A stretch of DNA of 63,049 nt, counting the filler, from Intoshia linei (taxonomy: Eukaryota; Animalia; Orthonectida), in the NCBI GenBank assembly GCA_001642005.1. It is 6 parts of 6 records of this genome, joined end to end, with 100 filler letters (N's around TTAATTAATTAA, not from the genome) between each part and the next. Parts side by side here need not be neighbours in the genome. Positions count along the whole stretch, not along the records: positions 1 to 16,435 come from LWCA01000865.1; positions 16,536 to 36,077 come from LWCA01000727.1; 4 more parts are not named here. One strand, given 5' to 3'. Every line of letters starts with the position of its first letter. Position 1 is the first letter of the stretch. The notes beneath the pieces are model-generated. The model was not told where the DNA came from, did not search any database, and saw only the letters and a program-made list of their open reading frames with translations. The position numbers and the translations under genes are program-made. Positions 13,181 through 25,541 of the stretch are shown in pieces.

Positions 13181-14035
13181 TTGATTAAATAAACATTAAA
13201 CCTATTGTTAATATTTTAAAAATATTTTTATTTGGATATGGTTATTGAAAAAACACCAATCTCAATGAACCTTCATGAAAATTTCATTTAATTTTATATA
13301 TAATATTTTTAATATAACATGTAATCTTGGATTGTAAGTTCTTTTGGTACAACATTTTGTCAGATAACCTCAAAAAAAATTTAAATTAAATTTTACTCTT
13401 ATTTTCGACCGGGAACTACCTACATGATAATGCAAGATAGTGATGGGAATCAAATTTCTTACTTTTGAGATTATATTCGAAAATTATTTTCTCGTGTTTT
13501 CTGATAAAAAAATTGTTATTCAGCCTTCAAATTTAAAGAAAGCTAAATTTTCTATCTATATGAGAGAAAATGAGTAACATTTTTCAACAAGCTTTTCAAT
13601 GATGCGCTAGTGAACCTTTTTTACTCATGTAATATATTTCTTTTATGGTTTAGTTCCGATCAAATTACCAGTTAAGGTATATATATAATAAATAAATGAT
13701 GGCGCAATTCACATGGATGAAAATTCAAAATTATTATTATTCTAAGGCAGTGTTTCTCAACCTTTTTGACTGCGCGGAACCCTTATGAAATGTCAAAAAA
13801 TCGCGGTACCTATAAGCATGATCAAAATTTTTTTTCGCATGTCGCATATATAAAATAATTTAATTTTTAACCCTTACGAGACAATTGCATGTATAGATGC
13901 CAAAAACTACAATTATAAATTTACATTGGTTTGTATAAAAACCATAATAAAATAAACGTGTTTATTAGCGACATACACGAAGTTCTTCTTTCCCGTTTCT
14001 TATGTTTAATTGCTGTCAATCAAAGTATCTTTCAT

Positions 14036-15132
14036 CAGTGGCGACTCTCCAACTCGGGTTACTTGGGCAAGTTGATATTTTTAAATTTTTTGAAAAATTA
14101 GAAAAATATTAAAAAAAATAAAATATTTAATATTTTCGAGTATTAAATTTATTAATAATTGTTAAATTAATTTCTAATTTGTAAATATGAGCACAATTAT
14201 ATACAGTGGTTTCTGTTCAATATGAATTTCATGAAAATAAAAGTTAGATTTGTATAGTATTTATTATGAGAAAAAGTTTTTAATATGAATTTGTGTAAAT
14301 AAACATAAATTTGTATTAATTTTCTATCATGTGACTTATAAATTTCAGAAAAGTAACCATTCAATATGAATTTGAATTTGAAGATAAAAAGATTTTTCGA
14401 TAAATGATAAAATTAAACATTGGACATTAAATATAAGTATAATTGACAATATATTGAAAGAAATGACGCTGGAAATTGCCAGTCTTTTGAATTTGAACGA
14501 TTTTAAGCCTCTACTGGTTGTTTCAATTCTTTTTTAACCAGAGATTCCATTAAATCAAAAAAAATTGTAGGAGAATCAAAATTAGTAAGCGAGTATAAAA
14601 TAAAAAAATGGAAAGAATTATTTTCTGAAAGTGTAGAAAAATAAAAACATGATAACCTATTTAACTGATGAAACCAGATCTTACAAAAGAAAAAATTGAA
14701 AATAGCAACAAAATTAGAAACTATTTTTCATTGCAAAAATAAATACTTATACGTTTGTGTTAAAATTCACTTCATTCTTAATTCATATTCATATTGTACA
14801 ACCAACTCTATTATGAATATTCTAAATATCCAGTCCCTTGACATTCATATTGTACAGAAACCACTGTATTCAGAAAAGATTATTCACTTGACAATCACTA
14901 AGCGAAATATTTGCATAAATGTTTAAATCAATTTAAATTATAAATACATATAACTCTGGCATATTTAAATTTGCCTAGTAAATAAATCTATAGATTAAAT
15001 TTATATAGCGGTTACATCTAAAATTTTAAGAAATTATTTATGTTATGTTAATGTTATGTTAATTTAAAAAAAATGTGTGGTTGTCATAAAAATTTTAGCC
15101 CGAGTGATCTCGATTAGCCAGAGTCGCCACTG
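14036..15132. mobile_element. Nested hAT-type element with a perfect 8-bp TSD
   Basis: 13-bp TIR CAGTGGCGACTCT / AGAGTCGCCACTG; TCTTTCAT at 14028-14035 and 15133-15140. Confidence 0.88.
14204..14866 (+). mobile_element. Deleted pogo/Tigger element with CENP-B-like transposase remnant
   Basis: 24-bp TIR CAGTGGTTTCTGT(T/A)CAATATGAAT, TA TSD; frameshifted LEIASLLNLNDFK..TG..IKSKKIVGES..W..N.DET. Confidence 0.85.
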
Positions 15133-15809
15133 TCTTTCATATATATATGTATAATTTTATATACATTATATATAACACTAATCCATTTTATGACTGGTTT
15201 TGATCAAAATAAATACTGAACATATTAAAATGCAGAATTAAATTATAGGAAATCAGACAAACTGGCTTAGAATAAATATTTTTAAATTCTAAAAAATATA
15301 ATTTAAAATAAACACAAATAGTATTTTAATTAAGTTGACCCATCGTATTTATATTAATTAAAAAAGCATATCAAAATATGATTTTTGGTTCTATTAATTT
15401 AGAAACTTTTCAATTTATTTATTTTAAAAAACTTTAAATTGAAAAATATCGCATTTATATTTCACGGAACCACTGGGTTCCGCGCAACACGGATTGAGAA
15501 CCACTGCTCTAAAGCTTAGACACTTTGATTGTTTTTTTAAAAGAAATACGTTGTATTTTCTGTGTATTAAATGCACACCACCCTAATATGTATAGTAGGG
15601 CGTCACATTTTTTGGAAAATTTTAGAACTGGATGGGTAATTAGCACTAAAAGTGTGTATTTTTAAAATAGAAAAACTAATTCACAATCAAAAACATTTAA
15701 CGCTATCTATTCGAGTTGCGTTTGACATTTTAAATATTACTGTCAAAATATTATGGAGAAATTAAAACTGAAGTATATTTTAACGGAAATTGGCGTTTGA
15801 GCCTTTAAA

Positions 15810-16435
15810 CGTAGTATCGACTTTATAATATTGTTCTCTATGTTTAGTTATTTAGTTTATTTTTATTTACATTTTTACATTATGTAATAAAATGTAAGTG
15901 TAAAAACGATTTAGTAATTTTAATTCAAGACGATAAAACAAATAATTAAATAATCTATGGATACCATCTATAGTAAACATATGTTTACCACACCTCCCTT
16001 GCAAGTGTAAAGTTACGGTATTTAGATTGTGTCTTGACTTGATGATGAAGTCTTCGATCTCTAAAGAGGGATTGTTTTTTTGATTTTATTGGTTGATTTG
16101 GTTCGTAATTATTGAAATTAAAAGAGTTTTTTATGACCTTCGTGTCATGGAATTTTTTCATTAGATTGCGGTAGCTTTTTATTTTAGAATAGATATGGTT
16201 TTCTAATTTAGCACCGTGAAAAATTGTTTCAATCGGCGATTTAAATGTGCTACATGCAGGTAAAAATCTCATGCTGGTGAGAATATTTGAGATTTTTTTG
16301 TCCCAATCGGAGAAATTATCTTTGCATAGTACACGTAGTTTTTTTCTGATTGTTCGATTATTCCTTTCAACCTTACCAATGTCATTGTGCATGTAGGGTT
16401 TGGCCAATGTGTGATTGAAATTGAAGGTTTTAGAT
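15810..16435 (-). mobile_element. 3' end of a second, related Ty3/gypsy element (integrase fragment, PPT, ~183-bp LTR), cut by an assembly gap
   Basis: ORF 15985-16407 GKVERNNRTIRKKLR..WD..MRFLP..SPIE; PPT AAGGGAGG at 16000-15993 followed by TGTGGTAAAC; distal LTR end near 15810 is tentative. Confidence 0.8.
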
Positions 16436-16535
16436 NNNNNNNNNNNNNNNNNNNNNNNNNNNNNNNNNNNNNNNNNNNNTTAATTAATTAANNNNNNNNN
16501 NNNNNNNNNNNNNNNNNNNNNNNNNNNNNNNNNNN
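16436..16535. other. Artificial contig join (also 36078-36177, 48032-48131, 53459-53558, 61303-61402)
   Basis: Identical 44 N + TTAATTAATTAA + 44 N at all five sites; the 12-mer places stop codons in all six frames. Confidence 0.97.
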
Positions 16536-16787
16536 TATAATTTTTTGATAATTGTGTATCATTCAACCCCATCTTCCACGTATGGGGTGCCACTTTTGTA
16601 TTTTCGCAAAAAAGTGAAAAAATTCACACTCCTAATTGACACATTTTAAGATTTATTTATAAAGAAAATTACTGAATATAAGCCAAAAAATGTATGGATT
16701 TGTGATTAACAACTTCTGAAATCGAAATATTTGTGGCAAAACAAAAAAGGAGAGGATAAAAATTTTATTTGTTATGTCTAAGAACAT

Positions 16788-16860
16788 TGTCGTGGAATAA
16801 AATGAGTTTTAACACAAATAAACAAATACTAACATAAAAAACTCATTCTATTCCACGACA
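16788..16860. repeat. 73-nt near-perfect hairpin
   Basis: TGTCGTGGAATAAAATGAGTTTT ... AAAACTCATTCTATTCCACGACA; 22 of 23 positions pair. Confidence 0.8.
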
Positions 16861-17803
16861 TAGGTGAAAAGGCTGATGCCGTTTTTATTGGAATATCAAA
16901 AAATTTTCTTCGCATTCCCTGAAAAAAAGTAAAGTAATAGAATTTAAAAAATCTATGTGTGTGTCTGTGTTACCGCTAATTGAAAAAGAATTTACAGTCG
17001 TAGAAATTAAAAAACTCAATTTCTAAAACAGTTTTTCCAAAAATGTATTTATATCTACTTTTCAGTTTCCGGATTTGAGTTCTTCAGGGTAAAAACCTCA
17101 ATTTCCCCTTATGCTTAAAAAAATCAGCACAAAACGTCATAAAACATACATTCTGAGACGCGTTTAAAACTCATTAACATTGTCCAAAATCTTAACCTCA
17201 AAAACGCATACCTTCATAAATAAAAAAATAATACCTCATCAATTGTATAGTATTTGTCATCAAAAATTTCAGGTATTTTAAAATTGTAAATATTGGATAA
17301 AGAATCGCAAAACAGTAAACCATTTTCAATATTTATAAAATCCAGTATTCCGCAAGAATGATAAAACGTTTTACTTATGGGTTCTTCATCAATTAAAACT
17401 ACTTGTAAAGCTCCTTGTTTCTATAATATGTACTTGTAGATAAATACCATAGATAATTTTAGTCAATATTTTACTTTTAATTTTTCACTTTCTTAACCCT
17501 TTTACACGTATGTGTATTATATAATATACACAGCATAATTTTGAAAAACTTATTAATTAAATTTAATTTTTAATTCTTTTTTATTTATACACTTTCACAT
17601 AGGTAATTTAAAATTAATACAAGTTTAAATTAAAACATAAATTCCAGGCGTGTGGTGATATTACATAAAATTGCATCAGACAGTGAAATGGTTAATAAAG
17701 TGAAGTTTTAATAAATTTACATTCAAAACACACTTTATATCGTTTAATTTAGGTCACTTCAAATTTATTAATTAATAAAAATTAATTATGCCAAAAAACT
17801 TTA

Positions 17804-18077
17804 CAGTCAACCCTCTATAACGTCAACTTTTCCAATAATGAACAACTCAAAAAATTTGTTATAGTTTACTATGAAAAAAGTAAATTAATTGTGAACATTC
17901 TACTACGTGAACGATGAAGTTCATCGCATAAACATGATTTATCCAAATTAAAGTGAAGTTTTTATTGTTATTCACAATTGTTGTATACAAAACGTGCTTT
18001 TCGAAAAATTTTTATTTCTGCAACATGAACACTCAAATATTCGAGTCGCAAATGTTCACTTAGTAGAGGGTTGATTG
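17804..18077. mobile_element. pogo/Tigger-type MITE
   Basis: TA|CAGTCAACCCTCTA ... TAGAGGGTTGATTG|TA; the same TIR occurs at 60720. Confidence 0.75.
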
Positions 18078-19001
18078 TAAGTACTTATGGACACTCTACA
18101 TAAAGCGAAAACTACTTATCTATGATGATGAATAAAAATTTTCGGCTTAAAATTTATTCCAAATAAACTAAAAGTGATAGTCCGTATTTTTCTTGCCACT
18201 TTATTTAAATGAAAGATTATATTGGAAAAAATTAGATTTCATTAAAATTTAGTAGAAAATAACTTATTTTGAAAAATGGTTTTAAAACTTTTAGTTTATA
18301 TATTAAAATAATGGCGAGCTGTGGAGAGAATACTGTAGTATAATTAATAACAACAAATAACAAATATTACCGATTTATCATCTTGATACTGATACATATT
18401 GCAAACAAAACAGGATTCTTTCACGTATTTAACCCCACACACATTGAGCTGTGTCAGCAATTTTTGAAATTTACATATTTGCATCAAATTAAAAGTTAAT
18501 GCAAAAAACCAGACTAACAACTAGAATAAAAAATGCATCTTATTAAATATCATCTTAAAAATAATAAATTTATGTTGATAAATGATATAAAATTACAAAA
18601 ATTTCCAAACAGGGAATTCAATATACATATATGTAATGTACAATAATTCGATAATAAATCAGTAATGTAATTCGAACTTCTAATAAAATTAAGGAAAATG
18701 ATAATGAATTAATTCAAGAGTGGTGAAAACAGAATAACTTTATTTTCGATGTAAATTTAAAGCATGTTATTGACAATAACTTTACACTTGCGATCAACTT
18801 ACCACCCTAAAAATCGTAAATAATCCGTCATTGCAATGAGTGTAAAAAAAATGACTCATGCCCCTGACTGATATTGTAATATTTCCACAACTAATTCATT
18901 AATTTTCTATTACATGTAGTAACTAAGAAGATCTATGCTTTAAAATGTAAAGTTTATTCACATTATTTTGGAAACAAGTTATATATAATATCGCTATAAT
19001 C

Positions 19002-20023
19002 ATGGTTAAAATTTCAAATAGAGATTATCCTAAAAAATAGTAAAATTTATAATTTAAAATATAATATTTTAGCAAAAATATTTTAAAAGAAGTTAATAAA
19101 ACAAAGGTTGAACGAGATCCCGTTATTGAAGGAAGAAAAGAAATTGATGTAACTAAACCATTTTATCCATGTTATGTATTGTTTATAGATTGTTGACAGT
19201 TATTGTGATCAACTGGTGAAATCACCTTACAGACCTCATTGTTTCAAACCGACAGATAAAGGGAAATCATTCTATGGAATTTATCAAAATTTCCCTAATA
19301 ATCGAGTTGTTCTGTTGTATATAGGATATGGCAATGCTAAATCGCGTCTCCATAATCATTTTAATGGAAAAATATTATCACCGATTGATATGTATTTGAG
19401 ATCATTAGATACGAAAACGAAGAAGAGTGTTTATGTTAAAACTGTCAGGCATAATGATATTATTAGAAATGTAATTTTTATAATCTACTCAATTGAAAAC
19501 GGTAAATTGATAGTGCTACGATTCTATCACAACCCAACACCTTTTTTCAAAGATAATATAGCAGTTAAATTATGATTACTATCTTTTATTTGACTATTTA
19601 AATTTAAAAAAACACGACGTGTATGCCTATTCAAAGTTGGTAACCAATATTTCAAATAGGTGGACAATATTGAATATAGGCATTACCACGGTGATATTAT
19701 CAAATTCACTGAGTTATATTCGATATTGGTTACCAATTTCATAAGTTACCCACGTCGTGTTTTATCCAATAAATAATATTACAATTATTTACATGCAAAT
19801 TTAAGAGCCAGAAGCTATTTTGGTGTCAAAATTTTCAATATAAAAAATTAGCTACCATGTATAGTTAATTCACAGAATTTTATTATTGATAATTAAATTG
19901 TAACTTTAACATTTAATAATTTAATTTTTCAATATTTAGGTTGTGGACCTTGATCAATTTATTAGATGTATGGCAACTTTGTACAATAATCGAATCAGAC
20001 CACCTTTCAACATAAAAAATTAA
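19002..20023 (+). CDS. Stand-alone GIY-YIG nuclease-domain protein (~159 aa, 4 exons)
   Basis: Exons 19002-19039, 19073-19148, 19189-19470 and 19940-20023 join in frame via GT-AG introns of 33, 40 and 469 nt. Motifs YGIYQ-x10-YIGYGNAKSRLHNH and C-terminal DQFIRCM..RPPFN. Confidence 0.78.
19609..19763. mobile_element. Palindromic MITE-like insert in intron 3 of the GIY-YIG gene
   Basis: AAAACACGACGTG..TTGGTAACCAATAT / ATATTGGTTACCAA..CACGTCGTGTTTT. Confidence 0.6.
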
Positions 20024-20602
20024 TATTTCTTCATAAATGCAATAAACTCTAAATTTACATTTCAAATTTGGTATTTTATATAATCTGTAATATTACCCTT
20101 TCTGTTGATCTTTGTACTTGATGTGTTACTTGTTCCTATTGCAATCATTATAGATGCCTCCAGTAAATTTATATTTTCTCCCATATTTTCCATAATTCTT
20201 TTCAATTCTGCTGTAGATAAATATCCGTCCGAGTCTGAATCGAATATCGTAAATATTGCAGAAATTTTATCTTCTGAATCTGTTTTTTGAATTAGCGACA
20301 TTAACTGAAGAAATTCCTCGAAATTTACATCCCCATTTCCTAAATCATTGAATTGAGAATAAATCATTTTAAAAATTACCATCTTCATCAACCATACGTA
20401 TCGTAACATGTAAATCGTGATCTCCAATTCCCTGGCCTAAACTATTCAATATACTGCCAATTTCTTTGATATTAATTTTGCCGTCTTCATCTTTGTCGAA
20501 AATATGAAATATTTCTCTGTATTCTGAATAAAAGTATTATTATTCAGAATGGTACATGAAACTACCTTCAATTTCATCTTTAGTAAAATTAACACTGCCC
20601 AT
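20020..20602 (-). CDS. Calmodulin-like EF-hand protein (150 aa, 4 exons)
   Basis: Exons 20602-20566, 20523-20380, 20339-20097, 20048-20020. EF loops DKDEDGKINIKE, DEDGNGDVNFEE, DSDSDGYLSTAE; fourth loop degenerate. Confidence 0.9.
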
Positions 20603-20679
20603 TACTTATTAAAACAGGTCACTTTTATTGTGACAACAAATTAACAAATATTTAATGTACAAAAACAAGTATAACAAAT

Positions 20680-23600
20680 TTACAAATTATGTTCTATTGT
20701 AAAATTGACCTTTTCCGAATCGTTCAATTTAAAGGTTTCGCTTCTCAAAGATGAGCGTAAATTAGATTCTTTAATTTTGCGGTCAGGTAAAGTTCTTTTA
20801 AATTTTTTAGAATTTTTCCAGATTGTTGTATCTGATTTATATCGTATATGAAGAGGCACATTATTTTTTTTCTTTGGATAGATAATAGAATCGAATTTGA
20901 AAGAATTACTAATGGTTCGTGGTTTTATATTATTTACAGTGAGTTCATTTAGCAAACATTCTGAATCTTTGATAATAGATTTTGGTGTCGGCGGATTAGG
21001 TTGTTTAGTGTATTTAAAACTAGGTACATTTGGAAATTCAATGGACGATGCAATATTGATGGGTGATATAGCATTAGAAATCATTGAAATATCCGGATCA
21101 AAAAAACGATTTTGATTTAAATTTGAAAATGATCGATTTTTAGAATCACAACTCAATCTAGTATAATTGAAAGATTCAGGTTTAGTGTCAGAGTTTCGTT
21201 TGATCGATAAATTAAAGAGAGATCCCAATTGGTTTGAAATTTTTGATGTTATATCACGTTTCGGTAAAATGGGCGATGTTGCATATTTTATATGTGGATC
21301 CATTTTGTCAAAACTGTATCTTATAGTATGGTCATCATAATTGAATATACTGGTCCCAAATTTTTTCATTTGTAGACATTCAATCATGAATTTTAACTTT
21401 TCTAATGTTGGTCTGCACTCGACTTTACGCCAACATGTCAACATTATTTCGTATCTAAATTATTAATAGTGTAAGTTTTACATTGTTAGTTACAATTCTC
21501 TCCCCTTGTCGATATTGTAACGATTTATATATTCTGGAACGCTTCCTTTTAAAATTTGATATATGGTATCCATATCTGAATATTTATTAAATGGCCTATC
21601 CGCTAATGTCAACAATTCCCACAAGACAATACCATACATCCTAAGATTTAATTTAATTATAAAATAGATTTATGTTACCAAATGGTAGTTTGATAAGTTG
21701 CCTCTTTTATTTGGATAACATTATTAGAAATTATGTTTTCTGGAGGGATCCATCTTATTGGCGCCAATTGACCATTTTCCAAAGTCATGTAATCGTTCTA
21801 ATTTAAATTAGTTAAATTTCCATTTCAGTTTTTACTGGAAAGAGTCGTTCAATGTTTCCATAATCTCCAATTTTTATACGCATAGAATGACCAATCATGC
21901 AACTTCTTGTTGATAGATCACTAATATAATTATTTATACTAATGTAAATTGTAAAAGAATATAAAAATTTTTTTAAATTATCCACAATGTACCTATGAAT
22001 AAAGCCAAAATCGTTCATACCAATAACACCGTTAATAATATCTATGGAGAAACAAAAAATAATATTTTTTGTCGTTATTTCACTGGAAATTTTAGAATTT
22101 TTCAGAAATGTTTTCAAATTACCCTACAAAATTATTATTATTATTTTACAATATTACTCACATACCATCGGACACCATTCGTACAGCAAAATATAAGGAA
22201 ATTTATCAACACATCTTCCCAAAAATTTTATGACATTTACATGTTTTATTTCTCTAAAAACAAAATTTATAAGGGAACAATAAGATTTAGGTAAATTACT
22301 CATAAGGCAAAGATTGTTGGAGAAATAATAATTGATTTGGTACATTTTGATCATTTTTCATTACTATGGCAAGAAATTGTGTTCTAGAATATCCTTTGAT
22401 TATATATCTTCCTTCTCCGTAAATTGCCTAAACAAAGTTACATCAAAATGTTAAAACTATTGCAGATACATATTTTATGTATATTTTTTACAGCAGAAAT
22501 TAGAAACCTTTACTATTTGTCTCTGTTATGTTCATTTGTTAATATTAAAAAATTTTCATCTTTAACCGTTTCACTGTTTGGCGGTACTCAGTAAATATAG
22601 TTGTAAAAATTTATTTATGCTTTTAAAGCTTTTAGTCAAATCAAATAAAATTTTCTACATTTGCGCATGCATCAACCACATCTCATAATAACTGAGAAAG
22701 CAATAATTTTATTTAATATTTTTATCTGGACCAGTGGTTATCAACCCGCGTTCCGCGGAACCCAGGGGTTCCGTGAAATATAAATGCGATATTTTTCAAT
22801 TTAAAGTTTTTCTAAATTACTGTTGTATACAATGAAACAACATTACTTCTCAAATTTACGGATTTAGGATTTTTCTAAAAAATCTTTGATAGCCCCAATA
22901 GCATATATTTATTTAAAAAATTACCGTATATTTCTGAGCATTCCTAATTATTATTTTTAACAGAAGAGTTTCTATGAAAAATTAAGAATCAAATGGTACA
23001 ATATATAGTTAAAAAAAAATTTCCCTTACAAGATCCTCATATAAGGCGCACTGGCGTATAAAGCACATTCCTAATTTTTCATGTAAAAGGGTGCACCTTA
23101 TACTCCAAAAAATTCAGTATGTTACTTGATTGTATATTAAATTTATAACGTCCATTATTATTTTGTTGATGTTACTTTTAAACACACATAGTGTATTACT
23201 CAATTATCTCGATTCCTATTATAATGGTTTCCAAAGGTGATGCTAAAAAAAATTTATGATGCAACCCGCTGAAAAATGTTCAATATAATGCGGCCGATAA
23301 TAGACGTATTTGAGTTTGATATTGCTGTTTTAGATAAAGATAAATTTTAGCTTATTTGGTGTTAAATGTAAAGCCAAAACTACTTATCTATGATGACGAA
23401 TAACAATTTTCGGCTTAAAATTTATTCCAAATAAACTGAAAGTGATAGTACGTATTTTTCTGGCCACTTTATTTTAGAGTCTAAAATTCAAAGTATTCAG
23501 ACAAATTTAAACATTAAAACTAATTTTTCAGATTTAAATTTGTATATAACGTGGGGTTATTTGTAGGGTGTAATAAAATATTTTTTTACCTTTCCAAAAT

Positions 23601-25541
23601 TTCCTTCTCCAATTTTCCGTATTAATTGAATATTTGATCGTTTGAAAGTGGAATGATAATCTAATAATATGTTATTGCCAATACTTACTTATATAAAGTA
23701 AGCGTTGCTAAAAATGAGTCTGTGTAACCAGTTATTGAGATAACTCAGTCTCATAAATTTCCCCAAAAAAATTAAAACTCAATTTAAATTTTTCAAGTGA
23801 TTACAAGTGAGTACACTGTACTTAGTATTCTGTACTTGACAATAATAAAAAAATCGTCATAAAATCAAAATTTTTCTGTACACTCCAGGGGTCCATGTGT
23901 ACCACATTAAGATTGACTGAGATAGCACACTGAGAATTTAATCATTATCATTAAATTCCTGATTGGTTTTAATTATTTTTATATAGCTTTTAACAATTAT
24001 TAACTATTTTTGTAAATTTACTTACTTTCAGAGTGAGTAATTAAACTTTATACAGGGACTTTACTTTACAACAACTTTAACATTTGAGGAATTTTTAGTA
24101 AATAATTTTATTTACATTGAAATCATAAAATTGGGGTTACTAAACTATTTTTTGGGAACCACCAGTCTAACCCAATTCATATGATAAAACAGGTTAAATA
24201 GAAAAATATATACACATTTTACAACTGTTTTAAACAAACAATAAATAAAACATACTGATTCCTCTGATAGGATCACTCCTGTTGTAATTGATAGATTTTT
24301 TGATTCTAACAACACCAGAGTTGCTATTTAAAAGTGAATATTTAAAATTTGGGATAGATTCAGGAGAATTTTTAAATTTTTTATCATATTTGCGAATAAT
24401 TGACCTTCTCAAAAATTGCTTAGAAAAACATTCAAAAGTGTCACTCTTATCAGGTGAAATGAAATCATTTTTAGATTTCAGGATACAATTTTCTGCATCA
24501 AAGACTTTATTATCATACGTGTCATCGACGTCTTTTAAAATAGAATTGGTTTCAATTTGATTAATATGAGGTAATATTTCAAAATTGATAGCCAACAAAG
24601 AATTTTTATAACCATCATTTTCAAAGGAAGTGTAATGTAAATTGTCTTTAGAGTCTTGATTAGATGGTGGGTTTAAACTTTTGCGTTCTTCGTTAAAATA
24701 TTTACTGGTAGACATGATTGTTCGAACTGTGGATAGTTTAAATGCATTTGATTTTGTTAGATATTTTTTGTAGTCTTTTTCATACGATTCTTTTCGATAT
24801 GAATCATCGGCTTCAAGAGCATCATATTCGTCCTTGTATGCAACTGCGCCAACCTCGAATCTCATGTTTTCTTGAATTATTTTCTAGAATTATACATGTA
24901 AGATTATTTTAATTATTATTAAAATTTTAAAACGAGATGTAATGGAGTTATCATTTTTTGAACTTTTTTAAGATAACCGTAATTTAACAATCCAGCTTTT
25001 GCGACCACGTTAAATGATTTAACTTACATCTATGTTAAGAAAAATTATGAAATTTTTGCAAATTATATTGCGGACGACCAATTAAAGGAACTCATATATT
25101 TGTTTATTTTTGTTTTGTAATAAAAATTGAAAGAGTGTAAACTAACAATTATACATCAAAAAGTACAATTTTCAAATATACATTGATTTTTGATGGCTAC
25201 GTATAAGTATTTATATATTACAAGGTAACATTAAATAATTTTCTTTTTCTAAAACGTGGTTAATGGTCTACTCAGTAGATTCTACTTGTTAATGGTTCGT
25301 TCTTATGTAACAATGCGGTCAGATATTTTCACAAAAGACTTAACCTAATTATATATTATCTAATATAATGTATATGTATTAGATAATTAAGCTTATTTTC
25401 GTCGCAAATAAAATTCACCTTGATATTATTTTGTCTTTTACGATATCTTTTATAAAAAAATAAAAATATCAAAAATCCGAGTAGGAGTATTCCACCTATA
25501 CTGCTGCAGACTATTATCCATGTTGGCGTCTCCGTATCCAT
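20680..25541 (-). CDS. Lemur tyrosine kinase (LMTK/AATK)-like membrane kinase, probable pseudokinase
   Basis: N-terminal TM exon 25541-25419; exons 24883-24256, 23660-23590 (IGEGNFGK) and several short exons between ~22427 and 20680. LMTK-like FLQQSLPY, PYILLYEWCPMGNLK, HSDLSTRSC, KIGDYG, PIRWIPPE. Confidence 0.85.

Larger units (their letters stand above)
13748..15506. mobile_element. Non-autonomous hAT (Buster/Charlie-like) element hosting nested insertions
   Basis: TIRs CAGTGTTTCTCAA / TTGAGAACCACTG; imperfect 8-bp TSD TTCTAAGG/CTCTAAAG with central TA; right end also present inverted at ~22732-22815. Confidence 0.7.

Noticed and set aside
16480-16491. Recurrent TTAATTAATTAA as a biological motif or PacI-like site array
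   Set aside because: Always centred in identical N blocks; it is an assembly linker.
19471-19575. C-terminus of ORF 19216-19575 as given in the ORF track
   Set aside because: Probably intron read-through after the GTAATT donor; the spliced exon 19940-20023 supplies the PPFN motif.
18105-23472. ~100-bp direct repeat at ~18105 and ~23375 as LTRs flanking the gene cluster
   Set aside because: No TG...CA ends, TSD, PBS or PPT; the second copy is inside an intron; an ordinary dispersed repeat fragment.
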